From: Trichinella spiralis
Taxonomy: Eukaryota
Length of the DNA: 64,000 bases
Assembly: GCF_000181795.1 (NCBI RefSeq)
Contig: NW_003526942.1
Span: forward strand, 1 to 64,000
Reading direction: 5' to 3'
Each line of letters starts with the position of its first letter. The stretch's first letter is position 1. The position numbers and the translations under genes are program-made. The notes under the pieces were generated by a model. It did no database searches. It was given only the letters and a program-made list of their open reading frames with translations, and was not told where the DNA came from. Shown one piece after another: positions 1-13,499 of this stretch.

Positions 1-470
1 AAGAAAAACATTAACTCTGTGAACAGGAGCGAAGAGAAAGATTGGAAAGATTAAATTCTTTTGCGAACGAGAAACATTTTCAGAGAGCGCTACAGCTGAA
101 ATGAGAAAATATTTCAGTGCTAACATTCAACAATCACCACTCCCAGTTTCAGCTGAAAACTGCAGCTGTGGACGTGAATTTGAAGCAGCTTTAATCGTTT
201 TTCTGCTTGGTGCTGTCCATCGCTTTCTTTCTGCCTTCGAAGTGCTTCACTTTTATTTATCCATGCGAGTTTAAAAATACGGTTCAAAAAAATGTCAACC
301 AACAAAGTACTTTGCTCATCAAATAAATAACTCTTTAGCTGGCAATTATATGAGATTTTTGCATTAGATACTTTGCCATTTGTCAGAAATTATTCTGACG
401 AATAGCTAATGGTGATTTTAGTAGGATGGGAAAATCTACAATTGATAAACTGTCCACAGCTGCAGCTTTC
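1..470 (+). repeat. Copy of a dispersed composite repeat family (core CAGTTTCAGCTGAAAACTGCAGCTGTGGAC)
   Basis: 1-175 is nearly identical to 21001-21176. It is also similar to 28195-28375 and to the reverse complement of 13780-13960. 176-470 resembles 13503-13800. Confidence 0.8.
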
Positions 471-2249
471 TATCACTTTGTTTCACGCCAGTTTGGAGGA
501 ATTTGAAACAGTGGTCGCAAGCTGGCAGCAGAGGAAGACATTTTCCCCAGATACCGTACATGATGGTTTGCAGTTTTCTGTATGTTTTAAACTGGCCGGA
601 AATTTCCATTTTGGCTGACGCACTGCAGACTTCCTAAGTATAAATTTTAGGAATGGGCTTCGTTTCTTCAGCTGCTCAGCATTTCAGATTTATGGAGTTG
701 TCTAGTGTAAAATTATCAGAATGAGGAACAGATCCCAGCGCAGTATTTACATCTAAGCTTTCGTGTATTGAACTCCTGCATCCTCCTATAACTTACATGA
801 AAAACCTGAATGATGATTCATAAAAATGCATATTAAATAAGCTCTTATTTACCTGTTGGCAAATCTGTTCATGTTTTAAAATCAGCTGTTAATCTCTACC
901 TTTGTGTTCAAAATTAGAACTATTTTAAGTATTTAAAACCAAACGCAAATTACCAGCAATGAGATAAAAGATTAGAAGATCAGAATGAAATTAAGCACCG
1001 AATGTGAAAGCGTAACAGTTGTAAATTCCATTTTACACACAGTCCTAACATTTTTTATCTAAGACAAAACCAGACATGTGAGAAAGAAAAAAAATCAACC
1101 TCAACCGATGCCATGATTGTTAAAGGAAATGTTTTTATCCAACAAGATTAAATTTACTCGTTGTTTTACTGAAGATATGATAAAGAAAGTATTGATTAAA
1201 GGCATCTGATAACGAATTCACGCCAAGTGAAAATGATCTTGATAAACTTGTAAAACCTGAAAATATGCAAGTGAGAAAAGAAATTTTTAAAGCAAAAAGT
1301 AAAAAATAGCGTTGAGCAATAGAGTGAGAAGGCTGCTTGATGGAATCGAGAAGAAGACGGAGGTAAAAATTGAGAAGTTTCATCAGATTCTCAGAAAAAC
1401 ATTTATTTTGCTTATTTTGTTTTTGCATAAATTTTATGTAGACGATATCCTGCTGTTAATGCTTGTTATGTTGTGTTTTGACTGACAATTGCAACAAGAG
1501 TATGATATTTTATTTTCTTAATTTATGATGAAATACTCAGATAAAAGTTTTTTTTAGAAACTTAGCAACAGCCAGATATTTTTAAGAATATTTGTATATA
1601 TAAAAGAAAAGTGAAATTATATAAATTGCAACTTTGTTTACAAAAATTCAGTTTTCTTTTATTCATATTTTTATTTCATGTTTCTCAAGAATTTCAAAAC
1701 CTCTGAACTGCGCTTAATGAAGTATTCAGTTGTGATTGAGTTTAAAAGAAATTTTGGAATCAGTTCCATGATATATGGTGGGTGAATAATTTTTCTGTAA
1801 CTTCATAATTTTCCATAGTTTATTTTTTTAGATAAAATGAAATTTTACGAGTGACTTAAAATGGTGTTTTCATGGACGCAGCGCAAAATTAAATGGCACG
1901 AAACAAATAAATTGATGAAAAGCAAACTTTTGAAAAAGTTTTTCCCATGCTGAACAGTGCAAGGTCAGTGAAGGATTAACTTAAAGCAAAGCAAATTCTT
2001 CAGGTTTGACCAGCAAATTTAACAGTATCATTAATTATAACAAGAAGAATATTTTACTTTTAAGCGTAAACAGTAATCGCCTGCTTAACGCTCATGATGC
2101 GTTTCTGAAAAACAGCGTTAAACGGGGTTGTTATGTAGCATGTGTTTATAGCACCTCGGTTTCCATGAAATCAGAATATATAGAAGAAAATTTGTTTGAA
2201 ATTTCTATAAAAATGTTACAAAATGTTTCGGTTCTTAGAGCTTGGGTTT

Positions 2250-3075
2250 CTTGATGATGAAAACGTCAAGAGTTAATTGTCTTTTCTTAAGTTTTCTGTC
2301 TCGAAAAATTTCTTTACAGTAAGATATAATTTAAAAAGCACCCCGTCCTGCCTTGAAGTTCTGCTCATCATCTGGATAGTGTTCTACGAACTGCTCCATA
2401 ATTTCTGTACTTTTGATGACGATACTGCTTAGGAATTTTGCTGCTACAGTTCTCACTGGTGAATTCTCTTCTCATTTAATAACTGTTGGTTCGTTATGAA
2501 TTGCATAGCTCTGACAGTTCTTTAAAGTCATCCTTGCTAAGATTCTCTCTGTGGGACTAATAATTGCTGAACGGAACCTTGCTCAGGAAATTCTTGTGCT
2601 ACCTTGATATCCAAATTAGTTGCTTCACCACTGATACGTATGTTATGAAGGTTAGCTCACTTTTTAATGAAATCAACTCAACCAGCTCTGCTAGTTGTAA
2701 AATTTTCAGATTCATCCCCATTTTCTTATTGAATATGGCTGAAGATGCTTTTTGCTTTTTCCATAATAAGCATCTGGCTTGGCGAAATGGACCATTGCGT
2801 TTGATCATCCACCTAAAATATTAAGCTTTCTTTCCATTTCTTCAATCAAATAACTTCTTGAACGAGGAGTTATTATCGTTGTAGAAAAAATCGAGGCCGT
2901 AGATGCAGAAGATTGTATCTCATCTGCAGTTTTTACAATTGCTTTTATTGCCTTAGACGTTGTGAAATTTAAAGAAGCACCCATGTCAACTGGACCGTCA
3001 CCGGCTTCCCATCGAAGTAATACTTGTAGTTTCACATTTAGAGAAATGCTTTTCCTTTTCAGATTTTACCTGTCA
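2250..3075 (-). pseudogene. Tigger/pogo-family transposase remnant, internally deleted and frameshifted
   Basis: The minus strand reads KRKSISLNVKLQVLLRWEAG...LIEEMERKLNI (HTH-psq / CENP-B-like N-terminus). A Tigger-like C-terminal stretch follows (EIMEQFVEHYPDDEQNFKAGRG). No intact DDE domain is visible. Confidence 0.7.
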
Positions 3076-3731
3076 TCACTTGGACACTTTCTTCTCGATT
3101 GAATGAATCAGACAAGTCAATTAACATTGAAAGTTGTGGACAACTGAGCACAATTGAATGGTGCAACATAAAAATTGTCAGTAAGTGAGCAAAAGTGAGC
3201 CACGTGGCGCACCAGTTGGAAACAGCGCTATTAGTCAAATACTATTTGAGGCATTTAATTAACACTTTATTACCATTACTATTATTATTATTATTTTAAC
3301 TGTTATTCAATTTAACAAATTTAAGATATTAGAATAATTGCAAAATGGCAACCAGTTCAAATTTTGCGATTTCTTGACTGAAATGGCTCATTTAGGAATA
3401 ATCATCAATCAAAAGTGAATAAACAATTGTTGATGTGAATCAATCAACTTTCAGTAAAACTGTTCCCCGAAAGGAAAACTAGAGATAAATGCAATAATCT
3501 TTTCGTCGAAATTAAATATTGCCATGTATGTTATCAACTGTTTTTATTATTCACTTTTCCATCTCACAAAGATAGATATAAACTTCATACACAATCTAAG
3601 ATTTTTTAATGTAAATGCAAATCAATTAACATTTTTAAAAGTATTTGTTAGTTATTAATGACAGCAAGCTTTTAAGCAATGATACTGTCATGATCCCATT
3701 CAATTAGCATAAAAAATCTCAATAAATGCAA

Positions 3732-4696
3732 TAAACTCTAATTGAGCAATTTGCAATATGCTTCAGTGAAATAATAATCGCTTTAGAAGTGAAATGTAGC
3801 ATATGCTTCAATTGCACTCATGCTGACGTATACTAAGTTACAAAGTGCTGCAGGATAATTGCTAATTCTGTTGCTGTAGGCAATTTTCAATCGAATTAAA
3901 AGGTTGCAAAAGAGAAAACAAACTGCCTGATATTTTCTTCTTGCAGTTTTAGATCAATGATAATTTTCCTTTCATTGAATAATTTCTTCAAATAGACAAT
4001 TCACACCCTTTATTCATCCCAATTATATCAAATGTATGTTTTGCGTGACAGAAATAACGTAATTAAAGTAAATAAAGAAATAATATATATTGATTGATTC
4101 CATTGCAGAAACAAGTGGACTTCAGGCGTGACAAGCATTTCTTAATCACAAAACTAACATAAGAATACTCACAAAATGTTAAAAATTTGAAATTGAAAAA
4201 TTTTCAAACTCCTCCAGTTCATATAAATATCTATTATATTACTGTATCAATAAAATTATGAAATGAGAAATGCAATCAGGCATTGCTGTATCGCACAAAA
4301 CCAAACAAAAATGACACCAGGGTTCACGTTTTGATCAAAAATGATTAACGCTCATTTCATAATTTTATTCACACGCAAAGCATACATTTGATAAAATTGA
4401 GATGAATAAATGGTGCAAATTGTCTGTTTGAAGAAATTATTCGATGAAAGGAAAATTATCATTGATCTAAAACTGGAAGAAGAAAATATCAGGCAGTTTG
4501 TTTTCTCTTTTGCAATCTTCTGACTCGATTGATTCGATTGAAAATTGCCTACAACGACAGAATTAACAATTATCCCGCAGCACTTTTTAACTTAGTCTTA
4601 GCCAGCATGAGCGCAATCGAAGCATATGCTATGTTTTACTGCCAAAGCAATTACCATTTCACTGAAGAATATTACAAGTTGCGCATTTGGAGTTTA
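3732..4696. repeat. Long imperfect inverted repeat (arms ~3732-4047 and ~4372-4696), foldback/MITE-like
   Basis: GCAAAAGAGAAAACAAACTGCCTGATATTTTCTTCTT in the left arm pairs with AAGAAGAAAATATCAGGCAGTTTGTTTTCTCTTTTGC in the right arm. Complementarity continues over about 320 bp. Confidence 0.9.
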
Positions 4697-4811
4697 CCAT
4701 TGGTATGAGATGATTACTTGTGCGACTTTTATAAATGAAGCTTTCATCCGTTTGTAAGTTTAAATTTCACAAAAGCAATTATTTCAACTTAGTTTTATTC
4801 TTCACGTCACA

Positions 4812-5465
4812 ATGTCGATGAAACAGACAAGTATGTTATTATTCTTTTTGTTTAAAAGATTGTTGACTTAAGAAAAGTTGATGTACATAAACTTATATTC
4901 AGTAAGCAATAAGCTTTATCATCGTGCAGTTACAAATAAGCATCATTTTTCAAATGGTGAATTTTTAGCGAATATTTTCATCAATAGCTGCAATGTTGAA
5001 GTTAATTTTACGTTCACTTTTTCAGATGCTTCAGCTGAACAGCTGGAAAATAAAAAGTCCTCCATTTCAAGGAAAGCATTTTCAACAGGAGCATACAGAA
5101 ATGCCCGTGAAAGAAAGCGTGTTCACAAGGTAAACATTGGTTTTGATCAGTTGAAAAACCATCTGCCAAACTTGAGATTGCGAACACGACGTGTTTCAAA
5201 GTTGAAGATTTTACGATCTGCTATTGAATACATCAACTCCCTACAAGAGATACTTTTCCAAGAAGTTTGTGCAAACTACGAACCTTTGGACAAAGAATCG
5301 GCGATGTACCGATCAAGAGCATTTATTGTTCCGCAGCATGATTCTTGCTTGGAAAATGTGCCACTATCTTACTCCGGTGCAACATCAGTAGCAACAGTTG
5401 GAAATACATTCCCTTTTTTAAGAAATAACCTGTCATATCCTAATTCTAATTACTTTTACCATTAA
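4812..5465 (+). CDS. Achaete-scute-family bHLH transcription factor; exons 4812-4830 and 5026-5465
   Basis: bHLH domain RNARERKRVHKVNIGFDQLKNHLP...SKLKILRSAIEYINSLQEIL. A 19-nt first exon (ATGTCGATGAAACAGACAA|GTATGT) joins in phase 1 to the TTTTCAG acceptor ending at 5025. Confidence 0.85.
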
Positions 5466-5770
5466 TATGAAATGGGAAATTGCAGCTGTATTATTTAAAA
5501 GTTTCATCAGTTGTGGATGTTTGTTACTTCATGTAAAGCTCCAGTTTCAAACATAACATACTTACCTAATGAGCAATAATAATAATTGAAAGTAAATCAA
5601 GTTATTGGTTAAAATTTGTTTTTGTTTTTCAAGAAATGCAATATTGCAATAAATGTCTTTTTGTGGACGAAATTTGAACTTTAAACTTTTTTCTTTCATT
5701 CCTAATTTTTAAGTCAGAAATTCAACAGCTTATATTTTTATAGATATATTATAAATTTGTTTTTGAATTA

Positions 5771-6405
5771 CAGTCGAACTTGGTTAAGTGCACAAAACTC
5801 TGGCCTAACAAAATTCCCTGTAGTTAATTATACGGTAAAATAATGGACAAGTGCACAACTTGGCCAAGTGCATTATTTTGCTGAGATCCACGGGATTTAC
5901 TGTTTGCAATATATAGTCTTTAAATGTACAGTAGGCGCATTTCCGTCCGCTTTAGGTTTATCAGCCATAGCAACTACTGATACTCAGCAAAGTTTATGGT
6001 TCCTTACATCAGAATAAGCACGCGTATCACAGACAAGGCATGCTAGGCTTTTGCCAAAGTTAAAACAACTACTGCTTTTCCAGGAAGTTACTCACAAGGA
6101 AGCTGTCTCAAATCTGCCAACAATTCAACTATATTTTCACAAAAACAGAATAAATCAAACAAACCTAAACCAAATTAAAGATCAGCCAGTAACGCTGGTA
6201 CCACAAAATATAATTCAAACCTACATTTTTGACTATTCTACTTAAAATAAACGGACATTTTTTCACATTAAACCTCTTTGTACATGTGAAATTATTGCTC
6301 TTTTTAATTACTCTGCATAATTTTCAACTTTAGATAAGTGCACAACTTGGATAAGTGCATGAAAGTTCTTGCCAAATTCCATATGCACTTAACCAAGTTC
6401 GACTG
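5771..6405. mobile_element. Non-autonomous Tc1/mariner-superfamily (pogo/Tigger-like) MITE
   Basis: Perfect 22-bp TIRs CAGTCGAACTTGGTTAAGTGCA ... TGCACTTAACCAAGTTCGACTG, flanked by TA on both sides, with internal AAGTGCA subterminal repeats. Confidence 0.9.
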
Positions 6406-7727
6406 TATATACAAAATTCTTGATAAAAACATATTTCTAATTATCAAATGCTATTTTAATGAATTCTCAAATTGCTTAATATGAAAACTGAAAGTGACTG
6501 TAGTGCACTACTGTTCACTTTGATATGAGCTGTTAAATAGATAAGCATTGCTTGCTGATTGCAAGTAAAATGTGATCAATAATCTAAGTCAGAAATGTTG
6601 TATTATTGGTTATGACGTGAGCACGAACAAGATCTTGTAAATTGTAATGTATAATTTCAATTGGTAATTTTGAAACTGAACAACTACTTGAAATGTACTT
6701 GTTGCTTTAATGCAAGTATAGTGAATCATAAAATTTTTAAATTAAATAGCAGTTTTGCAAATAAATATTTCATGGAATTGCTTTTCAACTCTACAACGCA
6801 AGTGTTGAAATTGTGAAGCATTTGATACGTTACAGATATAATGTTACAAAACAGTTATTTGCTTTAATTTTTAGCACACTTATAATGTATAAAATGATTG
6901 TTCAAGTCATGTCAAAAGAGAATTTTCACAAATTAATGCATTTAATTCTAAAGAATAAAAACATACAACGGCGAAATCCAAGAAATGAAGCAAATTATCT
7001 GACGGTCAGTCTTCAGATATTTAGAAATTCTTGCATACTGAAATGGAAAATTTCAGAATAATTATGCAATCATTCGATTAGCTGTGTTAGGTCGTCCATA
7101 GACAATATATTTTCGGATGAATAATAACCCAGGCTAAATTTTATTTGTGGTTTTTTACTGGTCGTTTAAATTACTATTTTATTGGACCTTTATATCGCAG
7201 TCTTATTGGTTTTTGTCTATTTGTTCACTGATTCAAACTTTTCAGTTGTGATTAGCTGCAAAATTCTTTTCATTTTATTGGTCCATATATTTCTATTTAT
7301 GATTACTTAACTTTATTAGTATTGACGTAATATTAGTAGTGTAACTTTCCATTATTTCTAAATTTTATTGGATTTATTTTTATCAAAATTTATGAAGTTA
7401 CATAATTTAAAGAAATTTTGCTTTTTTAATATGTTATTTTTTGTGAAGCTCACACTTTTTAGTGATCAGTATTTTCAAAAAATTTTAATCATTATTCTGT
7501 ATTTTATTATACCACAACGAAGTAGCATCAAATGCATAGAAATAATTCAGCAAAAACACAAAAATTAGTAAGTTAAATAAGATCTTAATTTTTTATTATT
7601 TAACAGCAGCAACAACAACAGTGAAGAACAACCAGAAGCAATAAGCAACACATCAATGAACGACACTGACAAAGTAGAAATGATAAAAAAAAAAGGTAGA
7701 AAGAAAAGCAGACAATAAAGTAAACAA

Positions 7728-8070
7728 CCACCATCTGGAAAGCGGCATAAAATCAGATCTGCTTTTTGGCAGCTTGTTTGTTGAGCTGGCTAGGCCAACC
7801 TTCCAAATGGTTATCAGCTTTAATATTTACATAATGTATATTCCATAGTGGCAGTCTTTCTTCGGTCATCTACTCCTGCCTGAAATATTGAAATAAAGCT
7901 GATACACTGTTTATAGTACCTGCTTCAAGCAGATTAACATCTATATCAACTGGTGGTACAGGGAAGAAAGCTTTCGCTAGAAGCATTTCCGTTTTTCTTT
8001 TCGCTTCATTATCTGTTCGACATTGAAGTTTTAAGCCCAGCACACTGACTTTTCTATGTACCTCTGGGCA
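7728..8070 (-). pseudogene. Degenerate MULE transposase C-terminal remnant
   Basis: DNA similarity to 39760-40310 (e.g. GGCAGTCTTTCTTCGGTCATCTACTCCTGCCTGAAATATTGAAATAAAGCTGATA). It encodes a YFRQE.MTEERLPLWN-like motif. Confidence 0.75.
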
Positions 8071-9029
8071 TAAGTATAAATAACAACGTAAGCTTTAAGT
8101 TTAGCTTAAGCTTAATGATGATATGCAGGCCTTTCAGCGCATATTTTCATAAGTTGTGAATAGTATTTCGCACAAAGTCAATGAATTTATTTAATGAACA
8201 GGAAAGAGTGTACAATTCAGCGCCCAAAAATCGTGCGCACCAAAAGAGTAAGCAAAGAGCCTGGTAAGAAAATATTTCTGAAATTTTGAATTTCCAAAAA
8301 ATTCTCAATATGTATCTCCATATTATAATTAGTCAACTTGTTACTGCAGAGATTATATTCAACGAATGGAAACTTTCTCAGCGATTTTTTTTAATTTAAT
8401 AATAAAAATGAAGATTTTCAACATATTAAAACTGTCAACTACATTTTTGTGTTGGCAATAATATGAAAAATTGTTGCTAATGTGTCGTCACTAAGAAGCG
8501 CAAGCAATTTTGTGGGAATTGGAAAAAGTTAGTTCTGTTGCAGATGAGAAAAACTATGACAATCTTGGCTTCAAGAAATTGAACAGGTTGAAAATTGCTG
8601 AAGCAGAAGCTGCGATATGCTTGTGACTTTGCTTATCACTTGCACAACTTTGAACAAGTCTACTTTCAAAATTAATTTCCTTTGCTAATATATATCACAT
8701 ATTGTCCAACAATTAATGATAAATTGTTGTGATTATCATTATAATAAATGTTGTTGTGACAATTCCTTGCGTATTCTTTTTACTCATTAAAGTTATTTCG
8801 CACGTTGGCGTGAGATACAACAGCCAGAAATACCGATAATCATGGCGAGTTGAACTAGACCCGCTTGGCGGGTGGCCAGCGGGAACAGCTAACAGAACCA
8901 CTCGGTCGCCTCGCGCTATCCGGGCAGCGATTGATCTATCGGGCCACCTCCGAAGCTTTCTTCTCTTTGTTCAGCGCATGGCCCCCCACACCGATGGTCC
9001 ATTGCAGACTTCAGCATTGCCACAGACTT

Positions 9030-9775
9030 AAAATTCTCACACTACTAATCAACAAGTACATGAAATGAGATTATAGATAAATGGGAAGTAGTGCAACAAT
9101 AAATGAAGTCCGTTTCACGTTCAGTTTGGCTTATAGGAGCCGTTCGATGCTTCCCGGTGTAACGGTAAACATCACGTTCTCTTTATAAATAGTCTTTCAC
9201 TGAATGACGATTTGGAAGCAGTGCTTCAGCTCCCGTTCACTTCTTGCAAACGACGGAAGACTCGCAAGACCTATGAAAATAAATCGTAGTCGCTTTCATT
9301 GGCAGCATTATTCTTCATTCGCTTCAAATCATTAACGGGTGACAAGTGCAAAGTACAAGATATATTCATTTCATGTTACAAAGAAATTCAACATTTCTTG
9401 TTGAATACGACCATCCAGTAGCATACAATGTGGCAAAAATGTTTTAGTTCCAGATCATTTCTTGCCACAGAAGACCATTAGGATGAGCTTTAAAATAAAC
9501 TACATAACACTTTTCATCGGCATTATTCTCGATCTTTCACTAACAATCATTTTCGGCTCACAAGAATAGAATATATAGCACATTTATTTCCGGTAACTGT
9601 ACCTACAGTAATAAATGACATGCAAGATCAAGAGTAAACAACGATTCTGAAATATTATTAAGAACAGCGTTTCGCCGTAGCTTCATAGTTATCCACTCCT
9701 GCTTTCTACGACATTTTCACGTTTATTCTAGAAGGAAGTGTAATTTTCATTTATAAAATGCTTCCATCTTAATTA
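9030..9775. repeat. Diverged direct duplicate (copy 1, internally deleted) of 10965-11992
   Basis: Long shared blocks such as CAATAAATGAAGTCCGTTTCACGTTCAGTTTGGC and CATCCAGTAGCATACAATGTGGCAA. It lacks about 11110-11398 of copy 2. Confidence 0.85.
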
Positions 9776-10964
9776 TAAATACAATAATACAGCTTGCCTC
9801 GCCAATATATTTACATGCAGTTCATCTGTATAAACTACCGTGTGATGTATTATAGTTTGCTTTTGTGAATTGCCTATATTTGTATATGCATTTCTTTTCT
9901 AGAAACTAAAAAAATTAATTCTTCTTCGAGTAGTTCACATTTTTAATTTAATAAAGAAACAAATAGCAATAAACTTTCAATTTTATGTTATAATCAGTGA
10001 AGTATTATTGTTGGTCAGTCTGAAGGGGAAAAAGCTGGAATGAAAAACTTCGTATTATTTTGCATTGAAACTTTTCGAACATTGCAATCGATCGATAACA
10101 ATGCGAAAACAAAAATTGCAACACTTGCAATGAATAGGGAAAAATTGCGGCGGTTTCCATGGCAACTAGTGATAAGATGACGATGGTTTCAAACGCATGA
10201 AGCTCAAGCACTGCAATGGCCTTTTTTATATTCAATATAGAATTGAACAAAATTTGAAACAAAAAAACATTAAAACTATCAAAATTCGAAAATAAAATTC
10301 AAATTAAACAAATACAATGCCAATTCCTATTGTGAATTTTATAAATGAAATTTTATTTCCAACACAATAAAAGAAACAGCCAGACAACTTTTCAAGGTCA
10401 TTTGAAATTCGATGAATATATTTAAAATTTTCAACGCTGCATTTTGTGATGAAATTTTAAAATTTATCAAATGAAAAAGCAACTGATCACAGCTTTGCAT
10501 AAAATTTTACAAATATCGTTGATGTATTTTTGAATTTTCCCAACAATGAACCGAATCAGAAATTTCAAATTTCTACACTCTACAATGGAAATTCAAACAA
10601 TGACAAGTGTAAACAGAAATTTGAAAAAAAATTCAAAAGTACATCATTTAAAATGTTTCAGATTCAAATCAAATACTAGAAATTGAACAGTTACATTCCA
10701 GTGTAATAAAATTCGATAAACTACTTTTCTAATTGTATTTCTTCACATTTAAGTTGATCAGCAAACAATATTTTTCACATAACAACCTTCCAGCTAGCTA
10801 ACGCAATAGGGAAACATATAAATTATAATGTTTTCCTTCGCAACAACGAACAAATTGAACAATATTACAATATGTACAGGGCATACAAAAATTTATTTCG
10901 ATACCGTGAGAATCAGCTTTCTGATTTCTGATCAATCATAATCAAAAATAAATACAACATATAA

Positions 10965-11992
10965 TAAAATTCTTACAATAATAACCAAGAAGTACATGAA
11001 ATAAGATTATGAATAAATGAGAAGTAGTTCAACAATAAATGAAGTCCGTTTCACGTTCAGTTTGGCATACAGAAGCCGAATGAACGCTGCCCAATATAAA
11101 GGAAAACATTTCGGTCCGTTTATGGTCTTCCTTTCGCCTCATCCATATTTCCTTCTGAACGAATTCCACAGCCGTTTCGCAGAACACTCCATTAAACAGG
11201 ATAACAAAGTAGAGAAACTGTCGAAGTTCCTTTTCACTTCTTGCCGACTATGAGAGACTGCCAAGATCTTTGAAACGGATGACAGAACGAGATTCATAAG
11301 CGCTATTATCCACTATCCGCTTACGATAGACAACTCACACGAAACCAGTGTAGAGTAGACAGTCTACTTATTTTCTATCACGAGAATTTTCAACATATCT
11401 TTATAAATAGTCTTTCACTGAATGGCAATTTCGAAGCAGTCTTTAAGCTTCCGTTGAGTTCATGCAAAACGATGGAAGACTCGCAAGACCTGTATAAATG
11501 ATTCGTAGTCGCATTCATTGGCACCATTATTCTTCATTCGCTTCACATCATTCACGGGTGATCAGTGCAAAGTAGAAGATGTATTTATTTCATTTCATTT
11601 CACGTTACAAAGAAATTCAACATTTCTCGTTGAATATAACCATCCAGTAGCATACAATGTGGCAACAATGTTTTAGTTCCAGATAATTTCTTGCGGCAGA
11701 AGACCACTAGGATGGTCTTTGAAATAAACTACATAATATTTTTCATCAGCTCTATTCTCGATCTTCCACTTACAATCACTCTCGGCTCACAATAATAGAG
11801 TAGATAGCATATTTATTTCCGGTAACTGTACCTACAGTAATAAATGACATGCAAGACCAAGAATAAATAATGATTCTGAAATATTATTAACAGCGCTTCG
11901 CCGTAGCGTCATAGTTATCTACTCCTTTCTACGACATTTTCACGTTTATTCTAGAACAAAATGTAATCTTTATTTATAAAATGCTTTTATCT
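10965..11992 (-). pseudogene. Duplicate copy 2; probable decayed Cys-containing secreted-protein gene (PAN/apple-like)
   Basis: Fragmentary minus-strand peptides (LKDCFEIA..DCLLYTG, STLLSCLMECS, CYLLYYC) among many stops and frameshifts. The family assignment is weak. Confidence 0.3.
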
Positions 11993-12330
11993 TGTGATTG
12001 ATTTATCGCCACAGCTGCTGTTGTTTTTGAGGCTAAAAAATCGATATTGTTATTATTATTGAATCAGAGGACGATAGTAAATTATTTACTTGGGTTTTAG
12101 TTCGTTGATGAGAGAAGTCGTTGTATCAGTTCGCTCGTATTTACCTGTTGTTTGATTGTATATTCAATAAAATGTCCTCACGATTCTCAGATACGAAGCG
12201 AGATTTTGTAAAAATTCTGATTTAGCGCAAAAGAAGACAGTTAACTGCAAACCCTAATTATCAATAATCAAGTGTAGTAGGCTTGCCCTGCGAGTCTACT
12301 CCATTTTTTATTGCCACGAGCCGGGAGTAG
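11993..12330 (+). mobile_element. Relic LTR (TG...CA, 11993-12303) with a degenerate primer-binding site
   Basis: Starts TGTG where similarity to the 9030-9775 duplicate ends. It has AATAAA near 12166 and ends CTACTCCA. It is followed by GCCACGAGCCGGGAG, identical to the PBS core of the BEL element. Confidence 0.55.
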
Positions 12331-13499
12331 CTCGAAAAAGAAAAGGCTATCCTGAACTCATCCGCGTGCTATTTCCCCCATACTTCGTTCCCTTTTTTGT
12401 GATTGGCTGTGAGATGATGGGTTGCACGCGATTCATCGGTAATTGGCTAATGGTTTCTACTACTTTATTAGCTAATCTTTATGATAAGTGATTGGGTGAA
12501 TAACTTTGCCATTTGACTAGCTATTAAGCTTTGATGAAGGATTGGGTAATTGTTGTTTATCAAGCCTTTTCCAAATATGGGTGCATTACCATTAAATTGC
12601 CTTATATGCACATAAAGAAGCATTTACTATTTTTTAAGACACTGCTTTTTAAGATATGGTGTTCGCTATCTTTTATTGCGTTAAAGGAATTATAACAATA
12701 ACAAAGTTAATATAATTAAAACTAATGTTTAACTTCTTTATATTTGCATATTGTTTGCGTATGTTGTTAAGAGGAGCATTTAACAAGATGTCTTGCAATA
12801 TTTGAATATGGCTTTAAATATGTGGTTATCTTAGTTAATAACACTAATGATTCTTCAGTTTTACATTTCATTGTTCACATTATAAAATAGCATTCGCAGT
12901 GTTGAATTTTCTTTTTAATAGCTTATGCACCGTTCCGGTTGATTTGTTTAGCTGAGTTAGCTGCGTCAAGCTTTATGCCCAGCAGGATTTTACTTCCTGC
13001 TTCATAGTGTACTTTTCGCTTACTCCAGTATTAGTAATAATGGAATCCATTTCCGCGTCCATTTTCTGTTCATTGCCGTCCAGTCCAGAAAGCCGTATCC
13101 ATCACAATTTCAGCAGGCAAATTTCGGATGATGATGTCTGATATTTGGTTCATCGGTTTCTTGTAATTACACATTACAAGAGGCCAACAAATACTGTGTT
13201 CCATAGAATGTGCACTAACAGTTGTTTTGCTCATCAGCTAATAACACGCATACGCAAAGCACTGAACTCTGACACAAGACCAAAAGAAAAATAAAAGATT
13301 TGGCGAATTTTAAATATGATTTTATATAACCATTTTGCAACAACATTTAGTTTTCATTTTTCATTTTATCTACAACTGAAGATCAACTTTGATTGATCTT
13401 TCTTGTGGCACCAATGCCTTTTGTTGATGTTGACAGAAGATTATTAATCACAGACAAATGGCGCACATATGCTGACATCAAACAATGCGATGTCCACTG

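Noticed and set aside
8840..9030. Short GC-rich island
   Set aside because: It is possibly a retroelement scrap, but no diagnostic motif is readable.
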